A stretch of 64,000 bases of DNA from an uncultured Gemmatimonadales bacterium (GCA_963842945.1 CAWJIM010000003.1:1-64000); one strand, 5' to 3'. Positions 11,280-23,132 are shown, counted from the first letter of the stretch. A program made the numbers and translations. Notes: generated by a model not told the origin, from the sequence alone.

Positions 11280-11930
11280 ATGCGCGCCGCGTTCCGCGCG
11301 GAGTCTGCTGCGCTGGTTCGGTCGCAACGGACGCGACCTTCCCTGGCGCCGAACCCGCGATCCGTATCGCATCATGGTCTCGGAGTTCATGCTGCAGCAG
11401 ACCCAGGTAGCCCGGGTCGAGGGGTACTACCACCGATTTCTGGCGCGCTATCCCACCCTGGAGGATCTGGCGTCAGCCCCGCCGGCTACGTGCGCGAGAG
11501 CTGGGAGGGCTTGGGCTACTATCGACGAGCGGTCAACCTGCACCGGCTGGCCCAGGAAGTCGTGCAAAACAGAGGAGGCGTCATTCCCTCGGATACCGGT
11601 GAGCTCCGCCGGCTGCCGGGAGTCGGGCGGTACACCGCGGCGGCGGTCGCGAGCTTTGCTTTCGAGCGCGAGATCACCCCAATCGACACCAACGTGGCCC
11701 GGGTGCTTCGCCGGGTGTTCCATTCCCGGGCCAGATCGAAGGCGTTGGTTCGACGGCTCGGAACAGTCCGCGGCGATGCTGCTGCCGAGGGGTGGCAGGA
11801 AAGCCTGGATGTTCAATCAGGCAATCATGGAGCTGGGAGCGCTGGTCTGTACCGCTCGGGTGCCCCACTGCGGGACGTGTCCGGTGCGGGCGATTTGTCA
11901 GACGGCGGTTCGGGAAACAGGGAGAACTAG
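11280..11930 (+). CDS. mutY: A/G-specific adenine glycosylase, short form (several frameshifts)
   Basis: RDLPWRRTRDPY, VSEFMLQQTQV, WEGLGYYRRA, LPGVGRYTA, DTNVARV and Fe-S motif CTARVPHCGTCPVRAIC, spread over two frames. Confidence 0.85.
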   Translation: MRAAFRAESAALVRSQRTRPSLAPNPRSVSHHGLGVHAAADPGSPGRGVLPPISGALSHPGGSGVSPAGYVRESWEGLGYYRRAVNLHRLAQEVVQNRGGVIPSDTGELRRLPGVGRYTAAAVASFAFEREITPIDTNVARVLRRVFHSRARSKALVRRLGTVRGDAAAEGWQESLDVQSGNHGAGSAGLYRSGAPLRDVSGAGDLSDGGSGNREN

Positions 11931-12382
11931 CGCAGCATCGCTCCGGCAAGGAGCGCAACCAGCCCGAGAGGTCCCCGCGATCGAGGCGACAATCCGCTGG
12001 CGGGCTCGCAATTCGTCGAAGTAGCGCGGCCGCCTCACCGGTAGGATCCAGCCGCCCCAGCCGGGTTGCCGTGGGCAAGGCGATAAGCAGCGTGATCAGC
12101 GCGGCGATGACGCCGGCACCCTGCATGATCACCAGCCAGATGGCTGAATCCGGCGATCTCACCTCCGCTGATCTGGAAGGTGAGAATGATCCCCGAGAGA
12201 ACCGTGAGCAGGGCGCCCGGTGCTATGGCCACCTTGGTCAGCTTCGACTGGGCTCGAACGACCGCGCCGAGTCCGCTGCGCTCCTCCTGTTTGGCGGCGA
12301 TGCCCATCACCATCGAGGCGATGGCCCCACCCAGCCACATGGTAAAGCCCAGCAGGTGAAGAAAGAGCCAGGCGCGACTCAC
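11927..12382 (-). CDS. Small four-TM membrane protein (frameshifted)
   Basis: FLHLLGFTMWLGG and hydrophobic helices continuing in ORF 11674..12162. Confidence 0.6.
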
Positions 12383-12804
12383 GAAGGCGTCGCCGACAGG
12401 ATAGCGCCATCGATCGGCTGGCGGCCGGAGAAGCCGGTATCGATCTCGTGCCAGTGCCTGATCCGGTCCTCACCCAATCGCCAGCAGAGGAAGATGGGGC
12501 GATCGTCCCTCAGGGAATAGAAGTCCACCAGCCCGCCCTCGAAGCCCTTGAAGACACAGCCGATGGCCTCGAGCTCCTGGAGATACTGATTGATGCGATT
12601 GGCGTGACGGGTCACTTCTTCCCGGGCGGCGACCAGTTCCTGAGTCTCGCCCCAGTCAGCCCGAGCCCCGCCGGTCAGGACCTCGAAACGGCCCACCGCC
12701 GCGCGCCACGCCGGGTACTCCACCGTGAGATCCGCGACCACCCGACGGACCAGCGGCAGCGTGCGTTCCGCTTCTTCCAGGGTAAACAGCTTGAATTCAG
12801 GCAT
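12379..12804 (-). CDS. DUF2203 family protein
   Basis: FTLEEAERTLP, GLVDF, LCWRLGE..I.HWH...GF.GRQPI. Confidence 0.85.
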   Translation of the reverse strand: MPEFKLFTLEEAERTLPLVRRVVADLTVEYPAWRAAVGRFEVLTGGARADWGETQELVAAREEVTRHANRINQYLQELEAIGCVFKGFEGGLVDFYSLRDDRPIFLCWRLGEDRIRHWHEIDTGFSGRQPIDGAILSATPS

Positions 12805-12818
12805 GCCCACTCCGTCGC

Positions 12819-13226
12819 CTACCCCCATACGATCTTCACTGCCGGTATCTGTTCCGGGTGACTGATGAACCCTACCACCCGCCCAGCTTCGTCCACAACC
12901 GTGATCGTCGGCCTGAGGTGCGACTCGCTTGGGTCGAGGTCCATCCGGACCTCGAAGCCGTCGAGCTCCCGGTCCGGCCGCACCACCGGCGAGTTGGTCC
13001 GCATCAAGGAATCGGCCCGGGTATGCCAGGGATGTTTGCCCTCGGCCAGGCAACGGGTGACCAGATCGCGATCGCTGAGGGTCCCCAGGAAGCGGCGGGT
13101 TCGATGGTCGTCCACCACCGGCACCACCGAGATGTTCCGGGTCTTCAGCATGATGGCGACCTCACTCGCCATCGCTCCGGCCACCGCCACATGCGGATCC
13201 GGAACCATCACTTCAGAGGCTTTCAT
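12819..13226 (-). CDS. CBS domain protein
   Basis: MKASEVM, VPVVDD...GTLSDRDLV, VVDEAGRVVGFIS. Confidence 0.8.
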   Translation of the reverse strand: MKASEVMVPDPHVAVAGAMASEVAIMLKTRNISVVPVVDDHRTRRFLGTLSDRDLVTRCLAEGKHPWHTRADSLMRTNSPVVRPDRELDGFEVRMDLDPSESHLRPTITVVDEAGRVVGFISHPEQIPAVKIVWG

Positions 13227-13256
13227 GGGCTCAATTTGACCCCAATGAGGTAGGGG

Positions 13257-14088
13257 TCAAGAGTCGGCGCCCCAGCGTTCCAGAGCTTCGCGGGTGGCGC
13301 GGCGCCCTTCCTGAGCATACTCGCGCACTCGATCAACCCGGAACGTGGTATGTCGCTCCACCCGCGGTCTGACGTACACCAGCGGTGGGCGGCCGGAGTC
13401 GGCCCGCCAAAGGGCTAACTGGCTCTGGGTGTTTCCCGCCATCAGAATTCCGACCGCGTCATCATGGGCTCGGAGCAGCGCAGGCGAGGGCGGCGGGTTG
13501 CCGGAAGCCGTGTCAAAGCCCGGTCCCACATCCACGGCAAGGACCAGCTCCACCTCCAGGTCGGCTGCGGGCTCGAACGGCACAACGGCGCGCAGCCCTC
13601 CGTCCCCGAACCTCCGCCCGTTCATGATCACCGGAGGGTAGTACAGGGGAAGTGCGCAGGTCGCGCAGAGCACGTCGATCAGCGGAGCATCGCCGGCCCC
13701 CGAGCCAAAGAGCACCAGCTCCCCGGTATCGAGATCCACGGCGGTGACCGTCAGTGGGACGCTGAGGTCGGCAAAGCGGCGGGCGGGAACGATGCGCCTC
13801 GATGGCGGCTCGGAGCGGCGCCGGCTTGAGCAAGGAGCGAAGAAACAGTCCGGCTACCGGCGCCCAGCGATCCCGCACAATGCCGCGGGGGCCCACCTCG
13901 GCCATCCGCTCCAGCAGCTCATCGTTCCCCATTCCGCTGGCCAGACCCGCCGCCACTACGGCCCCCATCGAGGTTGCGACGTACCAGGTCGGTTCAAACC
14001 CCGCTTCCTTCAGGGCTCGACAGGCGCCCAGGTGGGCTGCGGTCTTGGCGCCACCGCCGCTCAGCACCACCGCGGCTGACCGGGTCAA
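13257..14088 (-). CDS. Patatin-like phospholipase (frameshift near 13795)
   Basis: VLSGGGAK, ATSMGA nucleophile, DGG motif; TTG start overlaps the upstream stop. Confidence 0.85.
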
Positions 14089-14528
14089 GCCCGCTCTTTC
14101 TTCCGGTGCTGGCTCTCGGCGCGGGAGTAACGGGCGCGCTCTTCGCTGGTCTCCGGCACCAGGCGGGGAACCCGTGTCGGCCTGCCCTCCTCGTCCAGCG
14201 CCACGAAGACTACATGGGCGGTATGCGTGTGCCGCCGCTCTCCGCTGCTGACCCGTTCGGCATAGACCTCGACCGTGATGTCCATCGACGAGTTGCCGAC
14301 GTAGTCCACCGTCGCCATGCACGTCACCAGCGCGCCCACCGGAATCCGCTCCCGGAAATCCACCCGCTCGATGCTGGCGGTCACGGCGGGACCGCCGGCG
14401 TGCCGGATGGCTGCCACTGCCGCCGCCTGGTCGACCAGTGCCATCAGCTCACCGCCGAACAGGTCGCCCCGGACATTCTGCATGTGCGGCATGACGAACG
14501 TGGTGATCTGACCGACAGAGTAGGACAT
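14085..14528 (-). CDS. Acyl-CoA thioesterase (hotdog fold, YciA-like)
   Basis: NVRGDLFGGELMALVDQAA, VTAS, VGNSSMDI, FVALDEEGRP. Confidence 0.9.
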   Translation of the reverse strand: MSYSVGQITTFVMPHMQNVRGDLFGGELMALVDQAAAVAAIRHAGGPAVTASIERVDFRERIPVGALVTCMATVDYVGNSSMDITVEVYAERVSSGERRHTHTAHVVFVALDEEGRPTRVPRLVPETSEERARYSRAESQHRKKERA

Positions 14529-14583
14529 GGGTCGAGACCCCTCCCGCTCCGTTTTCTCCGGTCGCTCTGTCTTCTGGGCCCGC

Positions 14584-16433
14584 TTAATAGTCCACCGGCC
14601 TGAGATAGTACTCGCCGATCGCGGTCCCGCTCAGCATGGCGACCGTGGGCAGTCGCCGCTTCCAGTGAGTGGAGTCGAGCCGGCTGCGGACGAGATGAAT
14701 TTCCGATTCCTCGAAGCCCAGGGCAGCGATGTCCGGCTGGCGGTATCCCAGAAGAATCCAGTGCAGGATAGCATCGGCCCGAGGATAGGAGATCCCGAAG
14801 TCACCCTCATCGGTTTGGCCCTTGATCAGGTCGGCGCTGGCCGGTTTGGCCACGATGACGTCGGGCACGCCGAGATGCCGGGCCAAAGCCCAGACCTGGG
14901 TCTTGAACAGATCGCCAATCGGGTTCACCGGCGGCGAGTCGTCGGCATGCCAGGTGAAGTAGCCGAACAACCGCTCGGTCTTGTTCCCGGTGCCCAGCGG
15001 CAGAGCGCGCAACGCCGCCGATAGGTCGAAGAGAGTGATCATGCGGGTGCGGGCCATGATATTTCCCAGCCGGGCCGGCTCCACCTCTCCACCGATGGCT
15101 GAAGCGAGGGCATCAACGGCGGCGGAAATGTCCACCATTCTGCTGGGAATCTCGAGCGCATCGATCACCAGTTGGGCGTGGTCCAGACTCTCCCGGCTCG
15201 AGGTCCGATAGGGCATCCGGATCCCCATCACGTTGGCCGCTCCCAACGCCTCGACGGCCAGATACGCCACCAGCGAGCTGTCCACTCCTCCCGAGAGGCC
15301 GATCACCACGCGGTCGAACTTGCGGCGGCGTTGCACCTCGTCGCGGATGAACTCGACCAGCCAGCGCCGGGTAAGCTCCGGGTCAATGGCGAGCGGGTCC
15401 TGACTCGGGTTGAAACGGGCGGGTGAGGGGGGAGCGGGGCAGCGGGGCGGCGGGGCGGCGGGGCAGAAACGTCAGCGGGGGCTCGCTCGCCCTTCTCGGA
15501 GTCCTGAACCGGCCGTCCGCCACGCTGCCCCGCTGCCCCGCTGCCTTGCCTCTCTCGCCTGGCGTGATGAAGCGACCCCAGGAGATGCGGCAGTCGCATC
15601 TCGAGATCGGCCAGGAGGGGAAGATCTGCCCGGGCGCGAGTGATCTCCTCGAAGTCCAGTACCGCTGGAATGATCGCCTCCTGAAAGACCGGCGCTTGGG
15701 CCAGAATGTCCCCCCGGGGACCGGCCAGGATCGACCCGCCGGGAAATGCCTTGCCGCCCTCGAATCCCACCAACTGCGGTAGCGCGACGTAGACGCCGTG
15801 CTCACCGGAGATGTCCTGAGCTAATCGGGCCCAGCGGGCCAGACTCACCGGACGCCCAGCGGTGTCATCGCTGGTGACCACCCCGCGAGCGGGGCTGGCA
15901 CTGGGAATGATGATCAGCTGCGCGCCGTCGAGTGCCGCGAGCATGGGCGTGAAGGAATGCCAGGCGTCCTCGCAGATGAGCATCGCGGCTCGACCCCAGC
16001 GGGTGTCGAACGCCTGCACGCTGCGGCCGGCCTCGACGAACCGCTCCTCGTCGAAGACGCCATAGGTCGGCAGAAAGATCTTCCGGTGGATGTGGCGGAT
16101 CCCGGCGTCGGGTCCCCCCAGGGTGGCATAGAGCCCGGAGTTGTAGAGCCGGTTTCCGTGGACTTCGTAGAAGCCCAGCGCAATGTCCAGGGAGGGAGTG
16201 CCGGCTTCGGCGTGCTGCCGGCTCAAATCGTCGAACAGCTGCTCCGCGGGCACGGCAAGATCGCGCACCCCGCCCTCCAGGAAGTAGCCGGTGAGGGCGG
16301 ACTCAGGTGCAACGATCAGGTCCGGCGGCTCGGGCCAATGGCCCACTTCCCGAAACAGCGCGCCTACCCGGCAGAGATTCTGCTCGTACGCACCCTTGTG
16401 GGGCCGTATCTGGGCTATGGCGAGTCGGAGCAC
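14584..16433 (-). CDS. nadE: Glutamine-dependent NAD+ synthetase (nitrilase domain plus synthetase domain, frameshift near 15410)
   Basis: PESALTGY, RKIFLPTYGVFDE, LICEDAW; then GLSGGVDS, NIMARTRM, GTGNKTE, PSADL. Confidence 0.85.
15434..15545. repeat. Inverted pair of GCGGGGC(A/G) octamer arrays inside the nadE linker
   Basis: Four copies at 15434-15465; complementary copies at 15523-15545. Confidence 0.75.
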
Positions 16434-16462
16434 GTACTAAAGGTAGATTACCTTTACTTACC

Positions 16463-16939
16463 ATGCCCGATCTGCTTCACGCCCTGCACGGCGTTCCCAA
16501 CGCTTGTCAGATCCTGACCAATGTGATCACCGGCGGTCAGCCCAATGCTGCGCAACTTCGCGCCCTGAAGGAGGCAGGTGGTGGCGTGGTCCTGGATCTC
16601 CGAGACCCGATGGAGCCCCGCCCCGTCGATGAGCCCGCAGTGGTACGGGAGCTCGGCATGGAGTACGTCAACATACCGGTCAGAGCCGGCGCTTTGGACG
16701 ACGCCACGCTGGACCGTATCCTTGAAGCACTGCGAAGCGCGGGAGAACGAAAAGTTTTCTGCCACTGCGGAAGCGGTAACCGGGTTGGCGGCGCGCTGAT
16801 TCCCTATTTGATGCTCGATCGACACATGGAAGAGCAAGACGCCGTGGATCAGGCCATGCAGGTGGGACTTCGCAGCGCCGAGATGATGGAATGGGGTCTC
16901 GATTATGCCCGGAGGCACCAGGGCTCAAGCGAGAGTTGA
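16463..16939 (+). CDS. DUF442/Blh-like phosphatase-fold (sulfur transferase-like) protein
   Basis: TGGQP, VLDLRDP.E, LGMEYVNIPV, HCGSGNR (CX4R). Confidence 0.8.
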   Translation: MPDLLHALHGVPNACQILTNVITGGQPNAAQLRALKEAGGGVVLDLRDPMEPRPVDEPAVVRELGMEYVNIPVRAGALDDATLDRILEALRSAGERKVFCHCGSGNRVGGALIPYLMLDRHMEEQDAVDQAMQVGLRSAEMMEWGLDYARRHQGSSES

Positions 16940-16988
16940 GAAAACAATTCCGGGTCGAGCCTGACCGCGACCCCGACCCGGAACGCTC

Positions 16989-18426
16989 CTAGCGGGGTCG
17001 GCGACCTCCGCCACCACCGCCATCACCGCCACCACTCGAAGATCGAGCACCTCCGCCGTCGTGGCCACCGCCACCACCGCCCGAAGATCGAGCACCTCCA
17101 CCGTCGTGACCACCGCCACCCGAGCTCCTTCCCTCTGACCCGCCAGCGCCGCCGCTGGAGCGGGGCGGTGAGCTTCCCCGATCGGCCTCTCGGCGAGAAG
17201 GCGCTCCCCTAATTGGCTCCCGCTCGGCTGACCGGGGGGACTCGCCGGCACTCCGTTCACCAGATGCCCCACGCGAGGGTCTCGCCTCAATTTCACGGCG
17301 AATGAGCCGGGGTTCTCCGGCCGAGCGACCGTCGCTCCGCTCCGCCGGCCGCGCCCGTCTTGCCACCGGACGACCCTGTACCCGGGACGCATTGTCGATC
17401 AGCCGGCGAGGCGCCGGACCATCCGGAAGGGCGGAAGTAGGTCGTTCTGCGACCCGGCGAGCGGCACCTGCGATGCCCGGTCCGCGGGCCGGGGAAAGGG
17501 GCGAACGGTACCCCGTATTCACCGAGCGAATGTCATTACGACGGTCGCGGTAGCCGCCGAACCTGCCCCCAAAGCCGTAAGGTGTGTAGGAATTCCCATA
17601 GCCGTACGGCCCATACCCGCCACCGCCATACGGGTAATAGCCATACGGGTGGTAATAGTACGGCCGCGGATAGACGTAGCGGGGATAATAGGCCGGCGCG
17701 TAGTAATAGGGATTGTAGAAGAACGGGTTGTAGAACGGATTATAGGCGTAGAAGTACGGGTCGTAGTAGTAACTGCGATAGGGCCAACCGAAGGCGATCG
17801 AGACTCCGAAGGGCGACCCGTAATACGCCGCACCGCAGAAGCTGTAGCACCAGGAATCATGGTACGACGACCCGTGATAGTTTGAGCTGTAGTCGGCCGC
17901 GTAGTTCAGTATGTTCGACCACGTCGTAGTTGAGCAGGTCGTAGTCGAAGTCGCCCTGAGCCATCCGCCGGACGAGGTCATTCAGCTCCTGCTCCGGATC
18001 GTTCGCAAGCCGGGAGGGCGCAAGCGCCCCATAGTCCCAGTGGTCGCCCGTGACGAATCCCTCAAACCGGAATGGCTCCCGCGAAACCGCCGCGTACACG
18101 GTGCCACGGCCTTTGGCATTGGTCTCGAAGGCATCCCTGCCTCCTCGCCCTTTTGCCTCATACCTCTTACCCCCACGCGCGAAATTGTCCTTGTCGGGAT
18201 CGACCGGGAACAGCACCCGGAGGTAGCCCTCGGGATCCACCTGAAGGATGAGGAGGTAGCCGTCTTCCTGGGTTCGCACCTCAACCTTGGCGTGGTCGCC
18301 CGGGAGGAAACGTCCGTCGTTGTTGAGCCAGAGCTGGATCGGGGGATCGTCGTGCGCGGCAGCGGACGGCTGAGCTGAGCCGGAATCGGCAGCGAGCAGA
18401 AACGGTAGAAGCAGCACGCTGATCAT
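16989..18426 (-). CDS. Secreted DUF4384-like protein with Tyr-rich and Arg/Ser/Gly-rich low-complexity tail (frameshift near 17915)
   Basis: Signal peptide MISVLLLPFLLAA; DGYLLILQVDPEG.LRVLFP; tail in ORF 16989..17981. Confidence 0.7.
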
Positions 18427-18569
18427 AGGAGCCTCCGAACGACCTGAACCACGATGGACCGCGGCGGTTACAGCATCAGTCCTCGTCACCGCTGCGAACG
18501 GCGTGCCACCGTGTATATGCTTGTAGAACAACTGCTTAAGAATTGCGGTAGCAGAAAAGTGTCCTCTTT

Positions 18570-18983
18570 TCATGCAATTGAAGTTTCTCGCCCGCCATTC
18601 CAACGATGCCAATACATTCGCATTTCGGTGATCCGGCCGGCTTCAGTCTCACAGAAAATTGCTCCTCGGGCCTCGACCCACTCGCCGGTACGCCGCCGCC
18701 GGAAGACACACTTGAACTCGGTGGAGAACCAAGGCCCAGCGGCATAGATCTCCCCGGAGCTGAAGGTGATCTCCGACTGATTGTAGGGCACTTCATTCCA
18801 GTAGCCCCGAATCGCGTCGGTACCCTGGAGAGGGGCGGTGAACGGCGTCTCTATGAACACGGCGTCCGGGGCGTACACCGTCATCAGCAGGTTCATGTCG
18901 CCGGTGGCCCAGCCGCGCCCGAAAGTATCCGTCAGTGAGCGGCCCAGCGCTCGAGTGGCCTCGGTAGATTGATCTGCCGCCAT
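18570..18983 (-). CDS. NTF2/SnoaL-like protein
   Basis: YAPDAVFIETPF...GTDAIRGYW...GRITEMRMYW. Confidence 0.8.
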   Translation of the reverse strand: MAADQSTEATRALGRSLTDTFGRGWATGDMNLLMTVYAPDAVFIETPFTAPLQGTDAIRGYWNEVPYNQSEITFSSGEIYAAGPWFSTEFKCVFRRRRTGEWVEARGAIFCETEAGRITEMRMYWHRWNGGRETSIA

Positions 18984-19254
18984 GATCCTGAACTTACCTT
19001 CCTGGACCACGATCGGTTGTGCCTCGGCATCCGCGTTCCAGCCTTGGCGCTGGAGCCGCTGGACGGTGCCGCGCTCCCATGCCCGCCTCAAACCGGTGTA
19101 CGACAGCCTGGTAGCCGACGGCGGTGGGCTCCAAACTTGCGAGACAGCTTCCGTTCCCCCCATCCCCTGCCCGAAGCGGAACAGGCAACTCCTTGAGTCA
19201 ACAGCCATTGCGAGATTCGGCCCGCGCCCGAGAAACGAACTGCCCGCGGGGTCA

Positions 19255-20841
19255 GTGCAAAACGCGCCCGGGCTACTGGAGCTGCGGATTTCTGATCGGC
19301 TGCTTGGTCCTGTTCGTCGCCGCTCGTTTACCTGCCCAACAGGCGCAAGGGGATGAAGCCTGGTCACACGGACAATACGAGGCGGCCCGCGCGGCATATC
19401 AGCGCGTTCTGGCGCAGTCGCCCGGGAACGTACGGGCCAATCTTCGAATTGGCGTGATGCTCTCGTGGGAAGGCAGCCTCGACTCTTCGCTGGTGTACCT
19501 GGCCCGCGCGCGCGCGGGGGATCCGGCAGACGTCGAGATTCGGCTGATTCAGGCCCGGGTTCTGGCCTGGGACAGCAGTACGACGCGGCTTTGCTGCGAT
19601 ACGACAGCGTTCTGGTGACTCACCCCGGTTTGCGCGATGCTTCGCTCGGACGAGCTCAAACGCTCGCCTGGGCGGGAAAATTGGAACAGTCGCGCTCTCT
19701 CTATGATCAGATTCTGGCCCGGGACTCCACCGATGTGGAAGCCATGCTGGGGCGGGCACGGGTCAGCGCCTGGAGCGGCGATCTCGCGTCTGCCGAGGAG
19801 GCATACCACCAGCTGCTCACCCGGGATTCTCGCGATCTCGAGGCGAGAGTCGGGCTGGGGTACGTGTATCTCTGGCAGGGTAGAGAGGCCGCGGCTGAGC
19901 GCCAGGCGAGCTATGTTCTGGCCATCGACCCGAACCACAAAGGCGCCCGCGAGCTGCATCGGGTCGCCCGGGAGGCTTCGCGGCCGTCGGTAGATGCGTC
20001 GGTGAACTGGAGCAATGACTCGGATGAGAACACGAGCTTTTGGCAGACGCTGGGGGCCACTGCGACGCTGGGGCAAGGCGTATGGGTGTTCGGATCGGTC
20101 AATGCGCTGGAGACCAGCGATCCGGTGCGGGAGGCAACTCGGGTCGGCGGTGAGGCGGGACTTTCGTACCGGACCGCTAAGGTGCAGCTGCAGGGTGCCG
20201 CGAGGAGCCCGCAGGCTTACGCCCGAGGTGTCCCCACCTCGAACCGCGGCAACGTACCGGGCGCGCGCGCGAGCTATCGGCCGGTGTCTCTGCTGGGTGT
20301 CAGTCTGGGCTACTCGCGGCAGCCCTTCGACGAGATCGCGGCGCTGATCGAGCAGGGACTCGACATCGAGTCGCTGGACGCAGGGTTGGACGTGAAACCA
20401 ACAGCCACTCTCACCCTGTACGGCGGGGCGGGCGCCGCCTGGTTCAGTGACGGAAACAGCCGCACCAGCTTTTCGGCAGCACTGAACCAGAAGTTCGCAC
20501 GCAAGTTCGTGGTGGGAGCATTCGGCCGAACGCTGAGCTACGAGCAGCAAGGAGTAGGGTACTTTTCTCCGGACCGGTTTTCCTTGATCGAAGGAACGGC
20601 TGGGTATTCCCACGAGACCGGAAGCTGGGGCGCCAGTCTCAGTGGGGGGCTTGGCGCCCAGCAGATCGGAGAGCAAGGAGCAGCGCAATCCGAATGGCAC
20701 CTCGAGGGCCGGACCGGTCCGCGATGGGGTAATGGCAACCGAATCGAGGTGTTCGGACTGGTGACCAACAGTGCTGTCAGCAGCACGACCGGGGCCTTCC
20801 GCTATAGGGCTGCGGGGCTAGTCGCCCGGATCGGCTTTTAG
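19255..20841 (+). CDS. TPR-repeat protein with C-terminal outer-membrane beta-barrel (frameshifted, start uncertain)
   Basis: Signal peptide, repeated A..LAW.G TPR units, amphipathic strands, GYFSP motif, terminal Phe. Confidence 0.7.
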
Positions 20842-20856
20842 TCGCAGGAACGTCGG

Positions 20857-20940
20857 ATGCGCGTTCTGGTGATTGGCGGGACCAATTTCATAGGCCCCCG
20901 AGTGCCGAGCGGCGGAAGACCAGGCGGCTCAGCGGGGTGA
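20857..20940 (+). pseudogene. Remnant N-terminus of an NAD-dependent epimerase/dehydratase
   Basis: ATG 16 nt after the upstream stop, AGGA RBS; translates MRVLVIGGTNFIGPRV then degenerates and stops after 27 aa. Confidence 0.6.
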
Positions 20941-22408
20941 TACGTAAGTCTCGAAGAAGCCCGCGCCTGAATCGCTCACTGTCTCACCCAATATTCTCCC
21001 CCGAAGGGTGAAGCGTCCCCGCATCTGGAGGAAGGCTCGCCGGAAACCCTCGGCATTACTGGGCGTGGCCAGCGCGTCTTCCACTTCCACGGCCAGCCGG
21101 AGGGAATCCTGGTCCCGAGTTGCCACCAGATCGAACCGGCTTGGAGCAGCGAACCCGGGTCTACCCCGCGCCAGACGGGATCCAGCGTAATGGATGGCGT
21201 TGAAGCGCAGCACCTGCTTGACCCCCAATGAATCCACCAGAGTGAGAAAAAACGGAGAGCGGACCGCGGTCGTTTGACTCTGGTTCCGCTCCGGCCCGTA
21301 TACGCCGCCATACAGCAGCGACAGGCGCCTTCCCTGCCCGGCGCCCCACTCCCAGGTCACATCGCGCCAGACACCCCAGTTGTGATCGTGGTAGGCAGGA
21401 ACCTGATGGAATTGCCGGCAGCGCCCAGACACGCAGATGGTAGCCGGAGGCACGCGCGACTAACCCGGGCACGACGTAGCCGGAGACGAACTCGTCACTC
21501 CGCAGCTCGACCGGCGGGAAGTACCGGTTGGGCACCGGCTCCAGGGTGACATCGATTCGTACCGTCCCGCCGGACCCAGGCGCACCGCCGATCAGATGAT
21601 ACACTCCACTTCGCTGGGTGACCGAGCTTCCGCCAACCATCAAGTCTGCCCGCGTGGTATCGAGTCTCACCCGGTGGGACGGCTCCCGCAGCAGAAAGCG
21701 CTGGTACTCCCCGTCGGCCCGCCGGTGAGTCACCAACAGCTGGCCCCCCCAGCGACCCGCTGCCGCCGGGTTGTGCTGATCCCGAGGGATCTCGCCACCT
21801 ACGAGGTAGGTGATGTACCACCACTCGTTCTGCGACGGAACAATGTTGAAGTAGTGCCACTCGCCCCAGGTGGAATCGGCGATGGGTGGAATATGGAAGC
21901 GGTCGAGCTCGTCGTAGAGCTGCTGCCTCGAGGGTGCCAGGTAGGCGGAATCAGCCGGAGAGTCCTTCCATGAACCGGCTATGAGGTTCAATCCCGAGCC
22001 CACGCTCACAGCCCGGCTCGGAATCTCACCGCCTGCCCTGACCGGGAGCACGCGACTGCCTCGCTGGAGATAAAGAAGCTTGCCTTCAACTGTCGGGGAG
22101 ACAGTCCGTATCAGGTTGCGGTGACGCGCTCCGCCGAAGACCTGACGCACGAGGAAGCGGGCCCGGTCAACCCCAAAGAACATGCTGCCGATTCCACCGG
22201 TTCTCATGGCTTCCACATCGATACCCTGGGGCAGGACCGTCACTTCCCCTCCCCCGACCAGAGACACATCGCGGGACTGATCCAGCATGGCCTGGCCAAC
22301 CGAGAGGAGGACGATCATGACCCCCACGCCGAGTGAGAAACCCAGCAGGAGGAACAGGGAACGGAGCTTCCGGACCAGCAAATGGCGGAACGCCAGTGTG
22401 GCTATCAC
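20929..22408 (-). CDS. MacB/FtsX-type permease N-terminus fused to an AttH/CrtC-like domain (frameshift near 21440)
   Basis: LAFRHL...RS...GVGVMIVLLSVG; later WGEWHYFN, AYHDHNWG, WEWG, GFFET. Confidence 0.65.
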
Positions 22409-23132
22409 GCGGTAGAAGCAGGAAGCCGGGGAACAGCGGGCGCTTCGCTGCGCTCAGGGATGACAATATGGCCGTCCAACATGTGAATCACCCGGTCGGC
22501 CTGCTCTGCCAGGCGGTCGTCGTGGGTGACCACCACCAGCGTGGTTCCGTCCTGATTCAGCCGGCGGAAGAGATCGAGGATCTCGTGGCCGGTGGCCGCG
22601 TCCAGCTCGCCGGTGGGTTCATCGGCCAGGAGAACCGCCGGCCGGTTGGCCAGGGCACGAGCGATGGCCACTCGCTGCATCTCTCCGCCCGATAGTTGGG
22701 TGGCTCGGTGCCGGGCTCGGTGCCCCAGTCCTACGTAGCCCAGCAATTCCAGCGCTCGAGCGCGGCGGAGCTCCCGCGGCATTCCGGCTTCGGCCATGGG
22801 AAGCTCCACGTTCTCCTGGGCGGTGAGCACCGGAAGCAGGTGAAATCGCTGGAAAATGAAGCCCAGCCGAGTCAGCCGGAGGCGGGTGAGCTCGCGATCG
22901 GACAGTGATTGCAGAACTGTTCCCAGGATCTCTACCGTGCCCGAGGTGGGAGCGTCGATTCCGCCGATGAGTTGCAGCAAGCGTGGACTTGCCGCTGCCG
23001 GAAGGGCCAACCACCGCTACGTACTCACCGGCACGAATTTCCAGTGACACTCCTCGCAGGGCATGCACGGCTTCGCCGTACATCGGGTAATCCTTCCTGA
23101 AGGTCGCGAGCGACCAGCACCGGCCGGCTCAT
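22405..23132 (-). CDS. LolD/MacB-type ABC ATP-binding protein (frameshifted)
   Basis: [33 protein letters not shown]. Confidence 0.9.

Noticed and set aside
17000..17125. Repeats as a possible CRISPR array
   Set aside because: Only two in-frame 45-bp coding copies with no unique spacers; no cas genes or array found in the window
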